Positions 9,866 to 20,550 of a stretch of 64,000 bases of DNA are shown here, one piece after another (within the stretch, counting starts at the first letter, position 1; each line of letters starts with the position of its first letter). Below the pieces are notes generated by a model. It did no database searches, had not been told where the DNA came from, and saw nothing but the letters and a program-made list of their open reading frames with translations. Source of the stretch: an uncultured Streptococcus sp. (GTDB lineage: Bacteria > Bacillota > Bacilli > Lactobacillales > Streptococcaceae); NCBI RefSeq assembly GCF_963545685.1, contig NZ_CAUUKN010000004.1, forward strand, positions 5,439-69,438, given 5' to 3'. Made by a program: the position numbers and the translations under genes.

Positions 9866-10579
9866 TTATAGTGGTTTCTTATTAGGAATCCCAGCACGAC
9901 GTGGGTACTTGTTTGGGGTTTCTTTTTTCTTATCGACAATGGTGATATTACGCCCATCACCATTCGGCAGTTTGTAGTTTTCGTTGAGAATAGGTTTAGC
10001 AAAAAGTACGTTCAAGGCATTTCTAGCATCAGCTAGCTCTTCGTCGGCTGCGGCAGCCTTAAGTGCAATAAGTTGACCTCCGATCTTCAAGAAAGGAATG
10101 GTCAATTCCGAGAGAACTTGCATACGTGCAACGGCACGAGCAGTAACAATATCAAATTGAGCACGGAAGGCCTTATCTTGTCCAAAATCTTCAGCACGTC
10201 CATGATAGAAGTGGACACCGCTAAGTCCAAGTTCATCAGACAAGAGATTAAGGAAAGTGATACGTTTATTAAGAGAATCAATGATTGTCACATCAAGCTC
10301 AGGACAAAGAATTTTCATAGGGAGACTTGGAAAGCCAGCACCAGCCCCGATATCCAGAAGTCGAATATTTTGATTTTTAATATGCCCTTGAAGAACAGGA
10401 GCTAAAGAATCATAGAAATGTTTGAGGTAAACCTCATCTCTGTTTGTGATTGCAGTAAGGTTGATTTTCTCATTCCATTCTACCAAAAGCTCAAAGTAGC
10501 GTTGGAATTGGTCTTTTTGTTTTTGGCTGAGATCGAACCCCAGTTCTTTCAAAGCCATGTAAAAATCTTCAGGTGTCAT
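9866..10579 (-). CDS. rsmG: 16S rRNA (guanine527-N7)-methyltransferase RsmG (GidB)
   Basis: 237 aa. Contains the ...[12 protein letters not shown]... and SAM-binding DIGAGAGFP motifs. Confidence 0.9.
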   Translation of the reverse strand: MTPEDFYMALKELGFDLSQKQKDQFQRYFELLVEWNEKINLTAITNRDEVYLKHFYDSLAPVLQGHIKNQNIRLLDIGAGAGFPSLPMKILCPELDVTIIDSLNKRITFLNLLSDELGLSGVHFYHGRAEDFGQDKAFRAQFDIVTARAVARMQVLSELTIPFLKIGGQLIALKAAAADEELADARNALNVLFAKPILNENYKLPNGDGRNITIVDKKKETPNKYPRRAGIPNKKPL

Positions 10580-10877
10580 TTTATAGTCCTTTTATCTAGT
10601 TTCAATGCCCCTATTTTACCATAATTAATCTCTTTCATCTAACGGCAAAAGATTGTTCAAGATTAGGGAAGAACCAGTTTTTAATAAGCCTCAAAAAAAT
10701 CCCTAAGTTTAAAAAATATGTAATATTAAAGATGTTATTTTTTCTTTAAAATCTGATATAATACTAATTAAGTCTAATATCATAATTACTCGCTTTAATG
10801 AAAAGTGAATATAGGGGATTATGGTCTTGTGGATTGAAAATAGATCCCTATGGGGAAATTTAATTTGAGGATTAAAA

Positions 10878-11414
10878 ATGATTTATCTTTCAGAAGTTAG
10901 AAAGTCTCCAGAAGGGCTGGTCTTTAATGAAGCACCTTCTTTGTTGGAGTCAATTAAAGAACGCTATAATCAAGTTTTAGATCTTGAACAGCTTCAAGCA
11001 AGTGGTCAGGTAGTCTATGATAATGGCTTATATCTTTTAGATTATCAACTTAGCTATGATATTACCTTGCCATCTAGCCGTTCACTTGAGCCTGCGACAC
11101 TTAGTTTTAATTATCCAGTCTCAGAAACCTTTATACAAGAGGCTGATGTTGCTCTTCAAAAGGAATTAGTCGAAGAAAATCTAGTTCTTATCTTGGATGG
11201 TGATACTATTAATCTGAATGAGAGTATTCTGGATAATATTCTTCTTAATATTCCGTTGAGAGTGCTTACACCTGAAGAAGAAGCAGGACAAATTTCGCTC
11301 TCAGGTAATGACTGGGAAGTCTTGTCAGAAGAGGATTTTGCAGCTCTTAAACAAGAGAAGAAAGAGGCAAGTAATCCTTTTGCCCAATTGAATGGTCTAT
11401 TTGACGACAATTAA
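10878..11414 (+). CDS. yceD: YceD/DUF177 family protein (large ribosomal subunit accumulation-related)
   Basis: 178 aa acidic protein whose overall pattern matches DUF177. SD tgaggat is weak. Confidence 0.65.
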   Translation: MIYLSEVRKSPEGLVFNEAPSLLESIKERYNQVLDLEQLQASGQVVYDNGLYLLDYQLSYDITLPSSRSLEPATLSFNYPVSETFIQEADVALQKELVEENLVLILDGDTINLNESILDNILLNIPLRVLTPEEEAGQISLSGNDWEVLSEEDFAALKQEKKEASNPFAQLNGLFDDN

Positions 11415-11438
11415 TTCAAAAAAACAAACTAAAAATGT

Positions 11439-11476
11439 TTGACAATTTTAAAAATCTATATTATTATATCATTAGA
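11439..11476 (+). promoter_or_regulatory. covR promoter (TTGACA-17-TATTAT) with ATTAGA (CovR ATTARA-type) element at the start-site region
   Basis: TTGACA at 11439-11444, TATTAT at 11462-11467, ATTAGA at 11471-11476. Confidence 0.5.
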
Positions 11477-11572
11477 AGCTAATTTTCGGATTTATTCATT
11501 GGGTAAATCTAAAGACTTTTTTAGGGAAATGGAAGTCAAAAAAATTTTTTAGGAAAGTGGTAAATACTTATT

Positions 11573-12262
11573 ATGAGCAAACGCATTTTGATTGTTGAAG
11601 ATGAGAAAAACCTTGCTCGTTTTGTCTCTCTTGAACTTCAACACGAAGGATACGACGTTGTGACAGCAGACAACGGACGCGAAGGACTTGAAATGGCACT
11701 TGAGAAAGATTTTGATCTTATTCTCTTGGACCTTATGTTGCCTGAGATGGACGGTTTCGAAGTGACACGTCGTCTCCAACAAGAAAAAGATACTTATATT
11801 ATGATGATGACAGCTCGCGACTCAATCATGGATATTGTTGCCGGTTTGGACCGTGGAGCTGATGACTATATTGTAAAACCATTTGCGATTGAAGAACTAT
11901 TGGCACGTATCCGTGCAACCTTCCGTCGCCAAGATATCGAAGCTGCTAAAAATGCACCAGCTAAAGCGTCAACTTATCGCGATTTGAAATTGGATGTTCA
12001 AAACCGTACAGTTGTTCGTGGTGATGAAGCAATTCCATTGACAAAACGTGAGTTTGATTTGTTGAACACACTTTTGAGCAATATGAACCAAGTAATGACC
12101 CGTGAGGAACTCTTGCTTCAAGTTTGGAAATATGATGACGCAATCGAAACAAACGTTGTAGATGTTTATATTCGTTACTTGCGTGGAAAAATCGACGTTC
12201 CAGGTAAGGAATCATACATTCAAACAGTACGAGGAATGGGTTACGTTATCCGTGAAAAATGA
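11573..12262 (+). CDS. covR: OmpR-family response regulator CovR (CsrR)
   Basis: 229 aa, near-colinear with streptococcal CovR as I recall it (ILIVEDEKNLARFVSLELQ..., ...GKESYIQTVRGMGYVIREK). Followed by an overlapping kinase gene. Confidence 0.85.
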   Translation: MSKRILIVEDEKNLARFVSLELQHEGYDVVTADNGREGLEMALEKDFDLILLDLMLPEMDGFEVTRRLQQEKDTYIMMMTARDSIMDIVAGLDRGADDYIVKPFAIEELLARIRATFRRQDIEAAKNAPAKASTYRDLKLDVQNRTVVRGDEAIPLTKREFDLLNTLLSNMNQVMTREELLLQVWKYDDAIETNVVDVYIRYLRGKIDVPGKESYIQTVRGMGYVIREK

Positions 12263-13788
12263 GTAAATTACAAGATAAATTATTTGGTAAAGTAACTATT
12301 AGAAAAAAGTTGACCATGACAACTGCTGTGGTCTTCTTTCTTGTATTGTCGATGTTCACTCTGGTTGTTGTTTTCTCAGCCAATACGCTTCTATTGCAAC
12401 GTGAGCGTCAAAATGTAAATAATACAATCTCAAAAGTTGTTACTTATATCGAAAAGGACTGGGACTCTAATGAAGAATTGAGTCCAGAACCGCTTTTAGA
12501 GGCCCTTTATTCACCGAAAAATATCTATGCATCAATCATTAATGGAGTGCTTTCTGAGAAGCATTCCTTAGATGGTCAAGTTGCGATTTCTAATAAATTA
12601 TATTCCAACCAGTCTATCTATGTTTATAACAAAAAGGGAACCTTTATCTTTACTTCTGAGGACTACACAGACTCACCTCCAGGCATGTCTGAAGTCAATA
12701 AACTGAAGTCGGTTTCCTATAAAGGTAAACGTGGTTTCTTACTACAAGTTCCCATCTATGGCAAGGATAAGAAGACCATTGTTGGGTATGCTCAAATTTT
12801 CCATGATTTGGAATTTTACTATGCTTTAAAAGAGCGTCTCATTTTCCTATTGATATTCCTTGAAGTAGGGATGACGGTCTTAGTTATTGCAGCAACTGTA
12901 GTTGTCTTGACCTCTATTCTTCGTCCGATGAGACAGTTGCACGAAACGATGGGCGTTATTACCGATTCGCCAAGCGACTTAGAGCTTCGATCTAAGATTG
13001 AGAGTCATGATGAAATTGGTGATTTGGCGGTTAACTTTAATCGTATGATGGATAAAATCCAAGAAAATAATCAGATGCAGATGCGTTTCTTGAGTGACGT
13101 CAGTCACGAATTACGTACTCCAATTGCAGTTATTAAGGGGCATATGGACCTCTTGCAACGTTGGGGTAAAAATGATCCTGAAATCCTTGAGGAAAGTCTT
13201 GAGGCTGCAAGTCACGAAGCCAACCGCATGACGATTATGATTAACGATATGTTGGATTCTATTCGAGTTAAAGGATCATTTGACAATCATAGAAATGATA
13301 CATGTGATTTGAATTCTTCAATCCGTACGGTTATTGGGAATTTCCGTGTCCTACATGAAGACTACCAATTCTACCTCAATGATTTTGAGAGTTCAGAGCG
13401 TCCAGCACAGATTTATAGTCAGCACTTTGAACAGGCTATTACTATTTTGATTGATAATGCGGTCAAATATTCGCCTGTTAATAAGGAAATCCAGGTTACT
13501 ATCAAGGCTCTGGAAGATGAGATGTTGGTACAGGTACAGGATAATGGTGAGGGTATCTCTAAAGAAGATATCGAACATATCTTTGAGCGCTTCTATCGTT
13601 CTGATAAGGCGCGTAACCGTACGACAACCCAATCTGGTGTGGGTATTGGTTTATCAATCCTTTATCAAATTGTGGAAGCTTATCGATGTCGTATCGATGT
13701 CAGCTCAGAACTTGGTGTGGGTACACGTTTTGACCTCTACATCCCTTTTGCAGGGGGAGAAACTACGACACCTCAACTTAAAGCTTAA
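12259..13788 (+). CDS. covS: Sensor histidine kinase CovS (CsrS)
   Basis: 509 aa. Two TM segments, a HAMP region, H-box SHELRTP, and N/G boxes (DNAVKYS, DNGEGI, GVGIGLS). ATGA overlap with covR. Confidence 0.8.
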   Translation: MSKLQDKLFGKVTIRKKLTMTTAVVFFLVLSMFTLVVVFSANTLLLQRERQNVNNTISKVVTYIEKDWDSNEELSPEPLLEALYSPKNIYASIINGVLSEKHSLDGQVAISNKLYSNQSIYVYNKKGTFIFTSEDYTDSPPGMSEVNKLKSVSYKGKRGFLLQVPIYGKDKKTIVGYAQIFHDLEFYYALKERLIFLLIFLEVGMTVLVIAATVVVLTSILRPMRQLHETMGVITDSPSDLELRSKIESHDEIGDLAVNFNRMMDKIQENNQMQMRFLSDVSHELRTPIAVIKGHMDLLQRWGKNDPEILEESLEAASHEANRMTIMINDMLDSIRVKGSFDNHRNDTCDLNSSIRTVIGNFRVLHEDYQFYLNDFESSERPAQIYSQHFEQAITILIDNAVKYSPVNKEIQVTIKALEDEMLVQVQDNGEGISKEDIEHIFERFYRSDKARNRTTTQSGVGIGLSILYQIVEAYRCRIDVSSELGVGTRFDLYIPFAGGETTTPQLKA

Positions 13789-13826
13789 GTCAATTTACAA
13801 GAGATTTATACTAAGTCTCAATCACG

Positions 13827-13854
13827 AGCACGCCTAGCTAAAGGCGTGCTTTTT
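13827..13854 (+). terminator. Intrinsic terminator after covS
   Basis: AGCACGCC tagctaaa GGCGTGCT plus TTTT. Confidence 0.85.
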
Positions 13855-13909
13855 ATGTGTTTTTATGGTAAAATAGAGTACTGAATTTCAAAGATTGGTG
13901 GTGAAATGC

Positions 13910-14389
13910 ATGCGTTGTCCAAAATGTCAACATAATAAATCTAATGTTATCGATAGCCGTCAGGCCGAGGATGGAAATACTATTCGTCGTCGTCGAGAGT
14001 GTGATGCTTGTCATGCCCGTTTTACGACATTTGAGCGTGTGGAAGAAGTTCCACTTTTAGTTGTCAAAAAAGATGGTACTCGTGAACAATTCTCTCGCGA
14101 TAAGATTTTCAATGGTATCTTGATGAGTGCTCAGAAGCGCCCAGTTTCAAGTGAGGATATCGAAAATGCAATCACACGTATAGAGCAAAACATTCGTCGT
14201 AACCATGATGGAGAGGTTGATAGTGATGTCATTGGAAATCTAGTCATGAAAGAACTAGCGGACCTTGATGAAATTACCTATGTCCGTTTTGCCAGCGTCT
14301 ACCGTTCTTTCAAAGATGTTGATGAGATTGAAGAACTGCTTCAAGAAATCACCAAGACTGTCCGTGCGAAAAAAGAGTCTAAAAAATGA
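13910..14389 (+). CDS. nrdR: Transcriptional repressor NrdR
   Basis: [17 protein letters not shown] zinc ribbon plus ATP-cone. ATG 13910 with SD ggtggtga is preferred over the track start at 13895. Confidence 0.9.
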   Translation: MRCPKCQHNKSNVIDSRQAEDGNTIRRRRECDACHARFTTFERVEEVPLLVVKKDGTREQFSRDKIFNGILMSAQKRPVSSEDIENAITRIEQNIRRNHDGEVDSDVIGNLVMKELADLDEITYVRFASVYRSFKDVDEIEELLQEITKTVRAKKESKK

Positions 14390-15561
14390 GACCTATTGAA
14401 GAATTTGTCTATGTTGGCAATCAGGTTATCGTTCCCGATCAGGCAAGTTTGATGCGTTGCTATTATCCCATTATCGGGAGTGAGGGATACGCTCTCTACC
14501 AGTATTTTGTGGCTTTCTATGACAATGGTAATCATCGTCATAAGTTTGCTACTATTCTGAATCATCTTAACTTTGGTATGCAGCCCCTTCAGGAAGCTCT
14601 GGCGGTCCTGACAGCGGTAGACTTGTTGGCCTTCTATCATTCTCCTCAGGGAATTTATGTTGTAGAGCTTAAGTCTCCCCTATCTATTGAGCAGTTTCTA
14701 AAACATGCGGTTTATAGTTCACTTCTAGAGCAAAAGATTGGTGAACCAGCAGTAGATGCTTTAAAACCGACAAGTTTACATGGTTTACAAGATCTATCTA
14801 AACGTTTTTCGGATGTTTTTACTGATGAGCGTTTGGCTCAAAAGTCTGTTTCTGACATTAAGCCTAAAAATTCATTTGATTTAAGCAGTTTCAGGAATCG
14901 AATGCAGGCTGATGGCCTTGTATTTACAGATGAAAAGACAGATGTTCCAGAAATCTATAAATTGTCTGAAACCTATGACATGAATTGGTATGATACCTAT
15001 CTCTTGGCTAAAAAGACAGCCGTGAACCACCAGATTATTGTTAAACGTATGCAAGTGCAATTAGAGCAGGCTCAGGCTAAAAAATTGGGTGGTGACTCTG
15101 CATTGACGGAGACAGAGGAAAAGATTCTTAAAGCTGTTAAAGCTGAAAAACCTGTTGATTACTTACAGGGTGCTAAGGGTCCAGGTGGAACTGTGACTAA
15201 TTCGGAGAAAAAAATTCTCATAGACTTGGCACAAAGAGGCTTTATGGATGAGGTCATTAATCTCATGGTAGCCTACAGTTTGGGACGGACACGTTCAACA
15301 AATGTGAACCGAGAGTATATCTCTAAACTTGCCAACGATTTTGCCTTTAAGAAGATTGTTACTGCTGAACAAGGGCTATTGGCTTTGCGTAGTGGTTATG
15401 ACAAAAAATCACAGCGAGCAAAAGATGATTCTAAGAAGAAAACAAATGTACCTAGCTGGAGTGATCCTGATTACGATAATCAAACCAGTCAGGCCGATCA
15501 AGCCAAGTTAGACGAAATTAGACGTCGTGCTTTGGCTAAATTAGAAAAAGGAAAGGAGTAG
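14386..15561 (+). CDS. dnaB: Replication initiation / helicase-loading protein DnaB (DnaD-like domain family)
   Basis: 391 aa. Conserved nrdR-dnaB-dnaI context of Firmicutes. ATGA overlap with nrdR. Confidence 0.75.
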   Translation: MRPIEEFVYVGNQVIVPDQASLMRCYYPIIGSEGYALYQYFVAFYDNGNHRHKFATILNHLNFGMQPLQEALAVLTAVDLLAFYHSPQGIYVVELKSPLSIEQFLKHAVYSSLLEQKIGEPAVDALKPTSLHGLQDLSKRFSDVFTDERLAQKSVSDIKPKNSFDLSSFRNRMQADGLVFTDEKTDVPEIYKLSETYDMNWYDTYLLAKKTAVNHQIIVKRMQVQLEQAQAKKLGGDSALTETEEKILKAVKAEKPVDYLQGAKGPGGTVTNSEKKILIDLAQRGFMDEVINLMVAYSLGRTRSTNVNREYISKLANDFAFKKIVTAEQGLLALRSGYDKKSQRAKDDSKKKTNVPSWSDPDYDNQTSQADQAKLDEIRRRALAKLEKGKE

Positions 15562-15564
15562 CCT

Positions 15565-16467
15565 ATGGAAAGAGTTGGACAAACCTTGAACCGAAAAGGA
15601 CATCATGGGTCTGGTAATGCAACAGATTTGACCAAGCAAATCTTGGCAGATTCAAGAGTGGCTGATTTTATTCAAGAACATGGCTTAAGCCAAGACGAAA
15701 TCAAGCGTAGTCTTCCAAAGTTTAATCAATTCTTGGTGGAGTGCCGTAAGGTCAAAGAAGGTGATGTCACCTACATTGCCAAAGGGTATGAGCCGATTCT
15801 GACCATGAATGAAGGCTACGCTGACGTGACCTATAAGGAAACGCGTCAGCTTAAGGAACAACAAGAACAACAGGCTATTTCTAAGCGGATTAACTTGGTG
15901 AGTTTGCCTCAGTCTTATCGTAAGATTACCTTTGCTGATATTGCACTAGATGATGTCGCTCGTGTTGATACCTTTGAGACACTTGTTGATTTTGTGGCTA
16001 ATTACCCTAGTCCAGATCAGAATGGTCTCTATATCTACGGAGATATGGGGGTTGGGAAATCCTTCATGTTGGCTGCTATGGCCCATGAACTTTCAGAGAC
16101 CAAGAAGGTTGCTACGACCATAATTCATTACCCATCTTTTACTATTGATGTTAAAAATGGGATCAAGGACGGTTCTGTGAAGGAACAAATTGATGCAGTA
16201 AAACAAGCAGAAGTCCTAGTTTTAGATGATATTGGTGCAGAGCAATTCTCTTCTTGGATTAGAGACGATGTTTTACAAGTCATTCTCCAGTATCGCATGA
16301 TTGAGGAGCTACCAACCTTCTTCACATCCAACTATAGTTTTTCAGATTTAGAAGCTAAGCTATCAAATGGACGTCAAGGAGACGAGACTTGGCAGGCTAA
16401 ACGTGTGATGGAACGTATTCGTTTTCTAGCCAAAGAGGTTCACTTGAAAGGTGTTAATCGCCGTTAA
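15565..16467 (+). CDS. dnaI: Primosomal helicase loader DnaI
   Basis: 300 aa. AAA+ Walker A GDMGVGKSF and Walker B VLVLDDIG. Confidence 0.85.
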   Translation: MERVGQTLNRKGHHGSGNATDLTKQILADSRVADFIQEHGLSQDEIKRSLPKFNQFLVECRKVKEGDVTYIAKGYEPILTMNEGYADVTYKETRQLKEQQEQQAISKRINLVSLPQSYRKITFADIALDDVARVDTFETLVDFVANYPSPDQNGLYIYGDMGVGKSFMLAAMAHELSETKKVATTIIHYPSFTIDVKNGIKDGSVKEQIDAVKQAEVLVLDDIGAEQFSSWIRDDVLQVILQYRMIEELPTFFTSNYSFSDLEAKLSNGRQGDETWQAKRVMERIRFLAKEVHLKGVNRR

Positions 16468-16572
16468 GGTGATCCTAATAATGATAAAGAACAAGCGTGT
16501 TTGCTTTCCTTGGTGGAAGTAAGACTGCTAAATGAAGAAAGGAATCCCTAATTTAATCAGGGACTTAAATAT

Positions 16573-17883
16573 ATGACATTACCTACAGTTGCTATCGTGG
16601 GTCGCCCAAATGTTGGGAAGTCGACCCTATTTAACCGAATTGCGGGTGAACGTATCTCTATCGTCGAAGACGTTGAAGGGGTAACACGTGACCGTATTTA
16701 TACCTCTGCTGAATGGCTTAACCGTCAGTTTAGTTTGATTGATACAGGTGGTATCGATGATGTCGATGCCCCATTCATGGAACAGATTAAGCACCAAGCT
16801 GACATTGCCATGACTGAAGCAGACGTTATTGTCTTTGTCGTTTCAGGTAAGGAAGGCGTGACAGATGCGGATGAGTACGTTGCCCGTATTCTCTATAAGA
16901 CCAACAAACCAGTTATCTTGGCGGTAAATAAAGTGGATAACCCTGAAATGCGTGCAGATATCTATGATTTCTATTCTTTGGGACTTGGTGATCCCTACCC
17001 AGTTTCATCTGTACACGGTATTGGTACGGGGGATGTTCTCGATGCTATCGTTGAAAACCTCCCAACAGAAGTTGAAGAAGAAAATCCAGACATCATTCGT
17101 TTCAGTTTGATTGGGCGTCCAAACGTCGGAAAATCAAGTTTGATTAACGCCATTTTAGGCGAGGATCGTGTGATTGCCAGCCCGATTGCTGGTACGACTC
17201 GAGATGCCATTGACACAAACTTTGTGGACAGTGAAGGTCAAGAGTATACTATGATTGACACCGCTGGGATGCGTAAATCTGGTAAGGTTTATGAAAACAC
17301 AGAGAAATACTCTGTGATGCGTTCTATGCGTGCTATTGACCGTTCTGATATTGTTCTTATGGTTATCAATGCGGAAGAAGGTATCCGTGAGTATGACAAG
17401 CGTATTGCTGGTTTTGCCCATGAAGCTGGTAAAGGGATTATCATCGTAGTTAACAAATGGGATACGATTAAGAAGGACAACCATACCGTTTCCAACTGGG
17501 AAGCAGATATTCGTGATCAGTTCCAATTCTTGAGCTATGCCCCAATCATCTTTGTATCGGCTGAGACGAAACAACGTCTTAACAAGTTGCCGGAGATGAT
17601 TAAACGCATCAGCGAGAGTCAAAACCGTCGTATTTCATCGGCAGTCTTGAATGATGTTATCATGGATGCCATCGCTATCAACCCAACACCAACTGACAAA
17701 GGAAAACGTCTTAAGATTTTCTACGGCACACAAGTTTCGGTTAAACCACCAACATTTGTTATCTTTGTAAATGAAGAAGAGCTTATGCACTTCTCATATA
17801 TGCGTTTCTTGGAAAATCAAATTCGTCAGGCCTTTGGTTTTGAGGGAACACCAATCCATTTGATTGCTCGTAAACGTAAATAA
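16573..17883 (+). CDS. der: Ribosome biogenesis GTPase Der (EngA)
   Basis: 436 aa. Two tandem GTPase domains (GRPNVGKST twice) and a KH-like C-terminus. Confidence 0.95.
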   Translation: MTLPTVAIVGRPNVGKSTLFNRIAGERISIVEDVEGVTRDRIYTSAEWLNRQFSLIDTGGIDDVDAPFMEQIKHQADIAMTEADVIVFVVSGKEGVTDADEYVARILYKTNKPVILAVNKVDNPEMRADIYDFYSLGLGDPYPVSSVHGIGTGDVLDAIVENLPTEVEEENPDIIRFSLIGRPNVGKSSLINAILGEDRVIASPIAGTTRDAIDTNFVDSEGQEYTMIDTAGMRKSGKVYENTEKYSVMRSMRAIDRSDIVLMVINAEEGIREYDKRIAGFAHEAGKGIIIVVNKWDTIKKDNHTVSNWEADIRDQFQFLSYAPIIFVSAETKQRLNKLPEMIKRISESQNRRISSAVLNDVIMDAIAINPTPTDKGKRLKIFYGTQVSVKPPTFVIFVNEEELMHFSYMRFLENQIRQAFGFEGTPIHLIARKRK

Positions 17884-17888
17884 AAAAA

Positions 17889-17927
17889 GAGACCAACCAA
17901 TATAGAATCTTTATGGGTTGGTCTTTT
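17889..17927 (+). terminator. Intrinsic terminator after der
   Basis: GAGACCAACC ...17 nt... GGTTGGTCT plus TTT. Confidence 0.75.
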
Positions 17928-17947
17928 ATCATTGCAAGGAGAAACCG

Positions 17948-18577
17948 ATGTTAGAAAATGTTAAAGCTTATTTATCCAAACAAGGGGTTAAGTATATCAA
18001 ACCTGAAAAGGCGGGTCCGCATCAGGAAGAGATGGAAGTGCTCAAAGCACTTGGTCAAGCAGCTCGTAAGGAAATGCAGACTTTGTCAAGACTTATAGAG
18101 GAGCGTCTAGTACCCTTTAAGATGGACCGTGTCAGCAATTGGGCCAATCAGGCACAAATATGTCGCCCACACTTTTGGTGCTATTACAGAGCTCCTGAGG
18201 ACAGTTTAGATGATGTTGCTATGGCGATTCGACTCTACGGGCAACCTGAAGATTGGGGAATATCAGTTGAAGTGAGCTTTGTTGAACGAAAAAAATCAGA
18301 TACCACTCTAGCCAAGCAACATAAAGTCCTAGACTTACCTATTACTTATCCACTTTACTATTTTGCCCAGGAAGATGGTGTCAGCCATCGTGTGGAAGGA
18401 ACTGAAGCGAACCGTCAAATGCTTAAAGAAGCTGTTAGAGATGGCCGTGTTCGTAAGGTTTTGGTTAAGTATGATGTCCCTGTGACTGCTAGTGGAACAG
18501 TGGAAGAACTAGTTGATGAGATTGCTGGTGGATTTGAAGAATTAAAACCCTATTATGAGAAAGCTAATCAAAACTAA
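17948..18577 (+). CDS. Conserved hypothetical protein, family not recognised
   Basis: 209-aa ORF starting at ATG 17948 with SD aaggaga 5 nt upstream. The track start at 17918 lies inside the der terminator. Bounded by terminators on both sides. Confidence 0.6.
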   Translation: MLENVKAYLSKQGVKYIKPEKAGPHQEEMEVLKALGQAARKEMQTLSRLIEERLVPFKMDRVSNWANQAQICRPHFWCYYRAPEDSLDDVAMAIRLYGQPEDWGISVEVSFVERKKSDTTLAKQHKVLDLPITYPLYYFAQEDGVSHRVEGTEANRQMLKEAVRDGRVRKVLVKYDVPVTASGTVEELVDEIAGGFEELKPYYEKANQN

Positions 18578-18607
18578 AAAATCTCCAGTTATTTTCTGGA
18601 GATTTTT
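18576..18607. terminator. Bidirectional terminator between the hypothetical gene and serS
   Basis: AAAAATCTCCAG ttatttt CTGGAGATTTTT. Confidence 0.9.
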
Positions 18608-18611
18608 CCTC

Positions 18612-19889
18612 TTATTTCGGTGCAATCACTTCAGCACCACCCATGTAAGGACGAAGAACTTCAGGGATAGTTACTGAACCATCTTCGTTTTGGTAGTTTT
18701 CAAGGATAGCGGCTACTGTACGTCCAACAGCAAGTCCTGAACCGTTGAGAGTGTGAAGAAGTTTTACTTTCCCATCGGCTTCGTCACGGTAACGGATTTG
18801 CGCACGACGGGCTTGGAAATCTTCTGTGTTTGAACATGAAGAAATTTCACGGTAAGTGTTTTGTGCTGGAATCCAAACTTCCAAATCGTAAGTTTTCGCA
18901 GCTGAGAATCCCATATCGCCAGTACACAAAGTGATGACACGGTATGGCAAGTTAAGTTTTTGAAGGATGTTTTCAGCGTTAACTACCATTTTTTCCAATT
19001 CATCATAAGAGTCTTCAGGTTTTGAGAATTTAACCATTTCAACCTTGTGGAATTGGTGAAGACGAATTAATCCACGTGTATCACGACCAGCTGAACCAGC
19101 TTCTGAACGGAATGAAGGGCTCATGGCTGTGAAGTAGATTGGTAATTCTTTTCCGTCAAGAATTTCACCACGGTAGTAGTTGGTCAAAGGAACTTCAGCT
19201 GTTGGGATAAGGACGTAGTCAGTGCCATCAAGCTCGAAAGTATCTTCTTTGAATTTTGGATATTGACCAGTACCAAACATAGAGTCGTGGTTAACCATGT
19301 AAGGGGTGATCATTTCAGTGTAACCTTCTTTAGCGTGCTCATCCAACATGAAGTTGTAGATTGCACGTTCCAATCTTGCTCCGAGACCTTTGTAGAAAAG
19401 GAAACGTGAACCTGTAACTTTTGCACCACGTTCCCAGTCAAGAATACCAAGGTCTTCCCCTAGGTCCCAGTGAGCTTTAACTTCAAAATCAAAGTCACGA
19501 GGTGTTCCCCAACGGCGAACTTCTACATTTTCCTCTTCGTCAGCACCTACTGGAACAGAATCATTTGGTGTGTTTGGAAGTGTCACAATGATAGTGTTAA
19601 GCTTTTCATCGATAGCAGCAAGTTCAGCATCAATTTCTTTAATCTCTGCAGAAACTTTTTGCATGGCTGCAATTTGTTCTGAAGCATCTTCTTTGTTACG
19701 TTTAGCTTGAGCGATACCATCTGAAGCGATATTACGTTGAGCTTTGAGCTCTTCAGATTTGATAAGAAGCTCACGACGTTTAACATCAAGCTCTTTAAGT
19801 TCATTTAAAGTTTCAGCAGCGACACCACGTGTAGCCAATTTTTCGGCAAGGGCATCGAAGTCGTTACGAATACGTTTTACATCTAACAT
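18612..19889 (-). CDS. serS: Seryl-tRNA synthetase
   Basis: 425 aa from [11 protein letters not shown] with SD ggagga. Class II aaRS motifs present. Preceded by a T-box leader. Confidence 0.95.
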   Translation of the reverse strand: MLDVKRIRNDFDALAEKLATRGVAAETLNELKELDVKRRELLIKSEELKAQRNIASDGIAQAKRNKEDASEQIAAMQKVSAEIKEIDAELAAIDEKLNTIIVTLPNTPNDSVPVGADEEENVEVRRWGTPRDFDFEVKAHWDLGEDLGILDWERGAKVTGSRFLFYKGLGARLERAIYNFMLDEHAKEGYTEMITPYMVNHDSMFGTGQYPKFKEDTFELDGTDYVLIPTAEVPLTNYYRGEILDGKELPIYFTAMSPSFRSEAGSAGRDTRGLIRLHQFHKVEMVKFSKPEDSYDELEKMVVNAENILQKLNLPYRVITLCTGDMGFSAAKTYDLEVWIPAQNTYREISSCSNTEDFQARRAQIRYRDEADGKVKLLHTLNGSGLAVGRTVAAILENYQNEDGSVTIPEVLRPYMGGAEVIAPK

Positions 19890-19892
19890 AAG

Positions 19893-20079
19893 TTCCTCCA
19901 AAAAATAAAACACCCCGTGAAAGTGTTGGAGTGACATGAGCCACGGTTCCATCCAACTTCACAGGAGTGCACTTGTTTATGTCTTTAATTATTAGAAACG
20001 GTAGAATTTCGTAGATCAACCCTACCTGCTCACAGCAACCGCAGGCTTTCTGAAAAGGTCTAGCTATTACTTATCCGTC
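19893..20079 (-). promoter_or_regulatory. T-box riboswitch leader of serS
   Basis: On the minus strand, a TATAAT -10 (20086-20091) precedes a ~190-nt leader. The leader contains a T-box sequence GUUGGAUGGAACCGUGGCUC (about 19938-19957), then a hairpin CACUCC...GGGGUG plus UUUUAUUUUUU directly before the SD. A candidate Ser specifier UCU followed by A lies at 20013-20015. Confidence 0.8.
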
Positions 20080-20097
20080 CCTTACATTATACAAAAA

Positions 20098-20472
20098 TTA
20101 TGATTTTTTGGCAAATAAACCTTTGATACGAGCACCAATGGTTTGGATGAGAGTAGGTAATTTAACAACTTTTTCATTGCCAAGATGTTCCCTAGCAATC
20201 TTTAGAATCTTCCCAGAATCTTTAGAGGCAAAGAGGAATTTGCTCTTGTCTGTTAGAATCTCAAAGTGACGACTAATCCTCTTTCCTGATACATTTGCAC
20301 CGATTTGTGTAATGCTAGTCCATGGAATTTGAATGTATTGCTCGACATTGACATCAGGGTAGAATTCAAGAGCCACATCTCCAATTAGAAATTTACCGAC
20401 CTTTCCTCCGATAGCCATGTAGGAAACACCTGTTGTATGTAATTCAACTGTTTTGTTTAATGATTGTGCCAT
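20098..20472 (-). CDS. manO: DUF956 protein ManO
   Basis: 124 aa. Last gene of the man cluster. Has its own TATAAT-like -10 after the manN terminator. Confidence 0.8.
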   Translation of the reverse strand: MAQSLNKTVELHTTGVSYMAIGGKVGKFLIGDVALEFYPDVNVEQYIQIPWTSITQIGANVSGKRISRHFEILTDKSKFLFASKDSGKILKIAREHLGNEKVVKLPTLIQTIGARIKGLFAKKS

Positions 20473-20511
20473 ATCTATCTCGCTTTTCGATTGTAGTACT
20501 TTTATTATAGC

Positions 20512-20543
20512 ATAAGAAAAGAGTTCAGCTTTGCTAAACTCTT
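20512..20543 (-). terminator. Terminator after manN, before the manO promoter
   Basis: On the minus strand, AAGAGTT tagcaaagctg AACTCTT plus TTCTTAT. A TATAAT-like element follows upstream of manO. Confidence 0.6.
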
Positions 20544-20550
20544 ACTCTTT

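Noticed and set aside
10798-10863. 21-codon uORF and a bulged hairpin (ATAGGGGAT...ATCCCTAT) in the long leader of the yceD-like gene
   Set aside because: The uORF has no SD. The hairpin is real but modest, and no known leader family was recognised. Evidence is insufficient for a feature.
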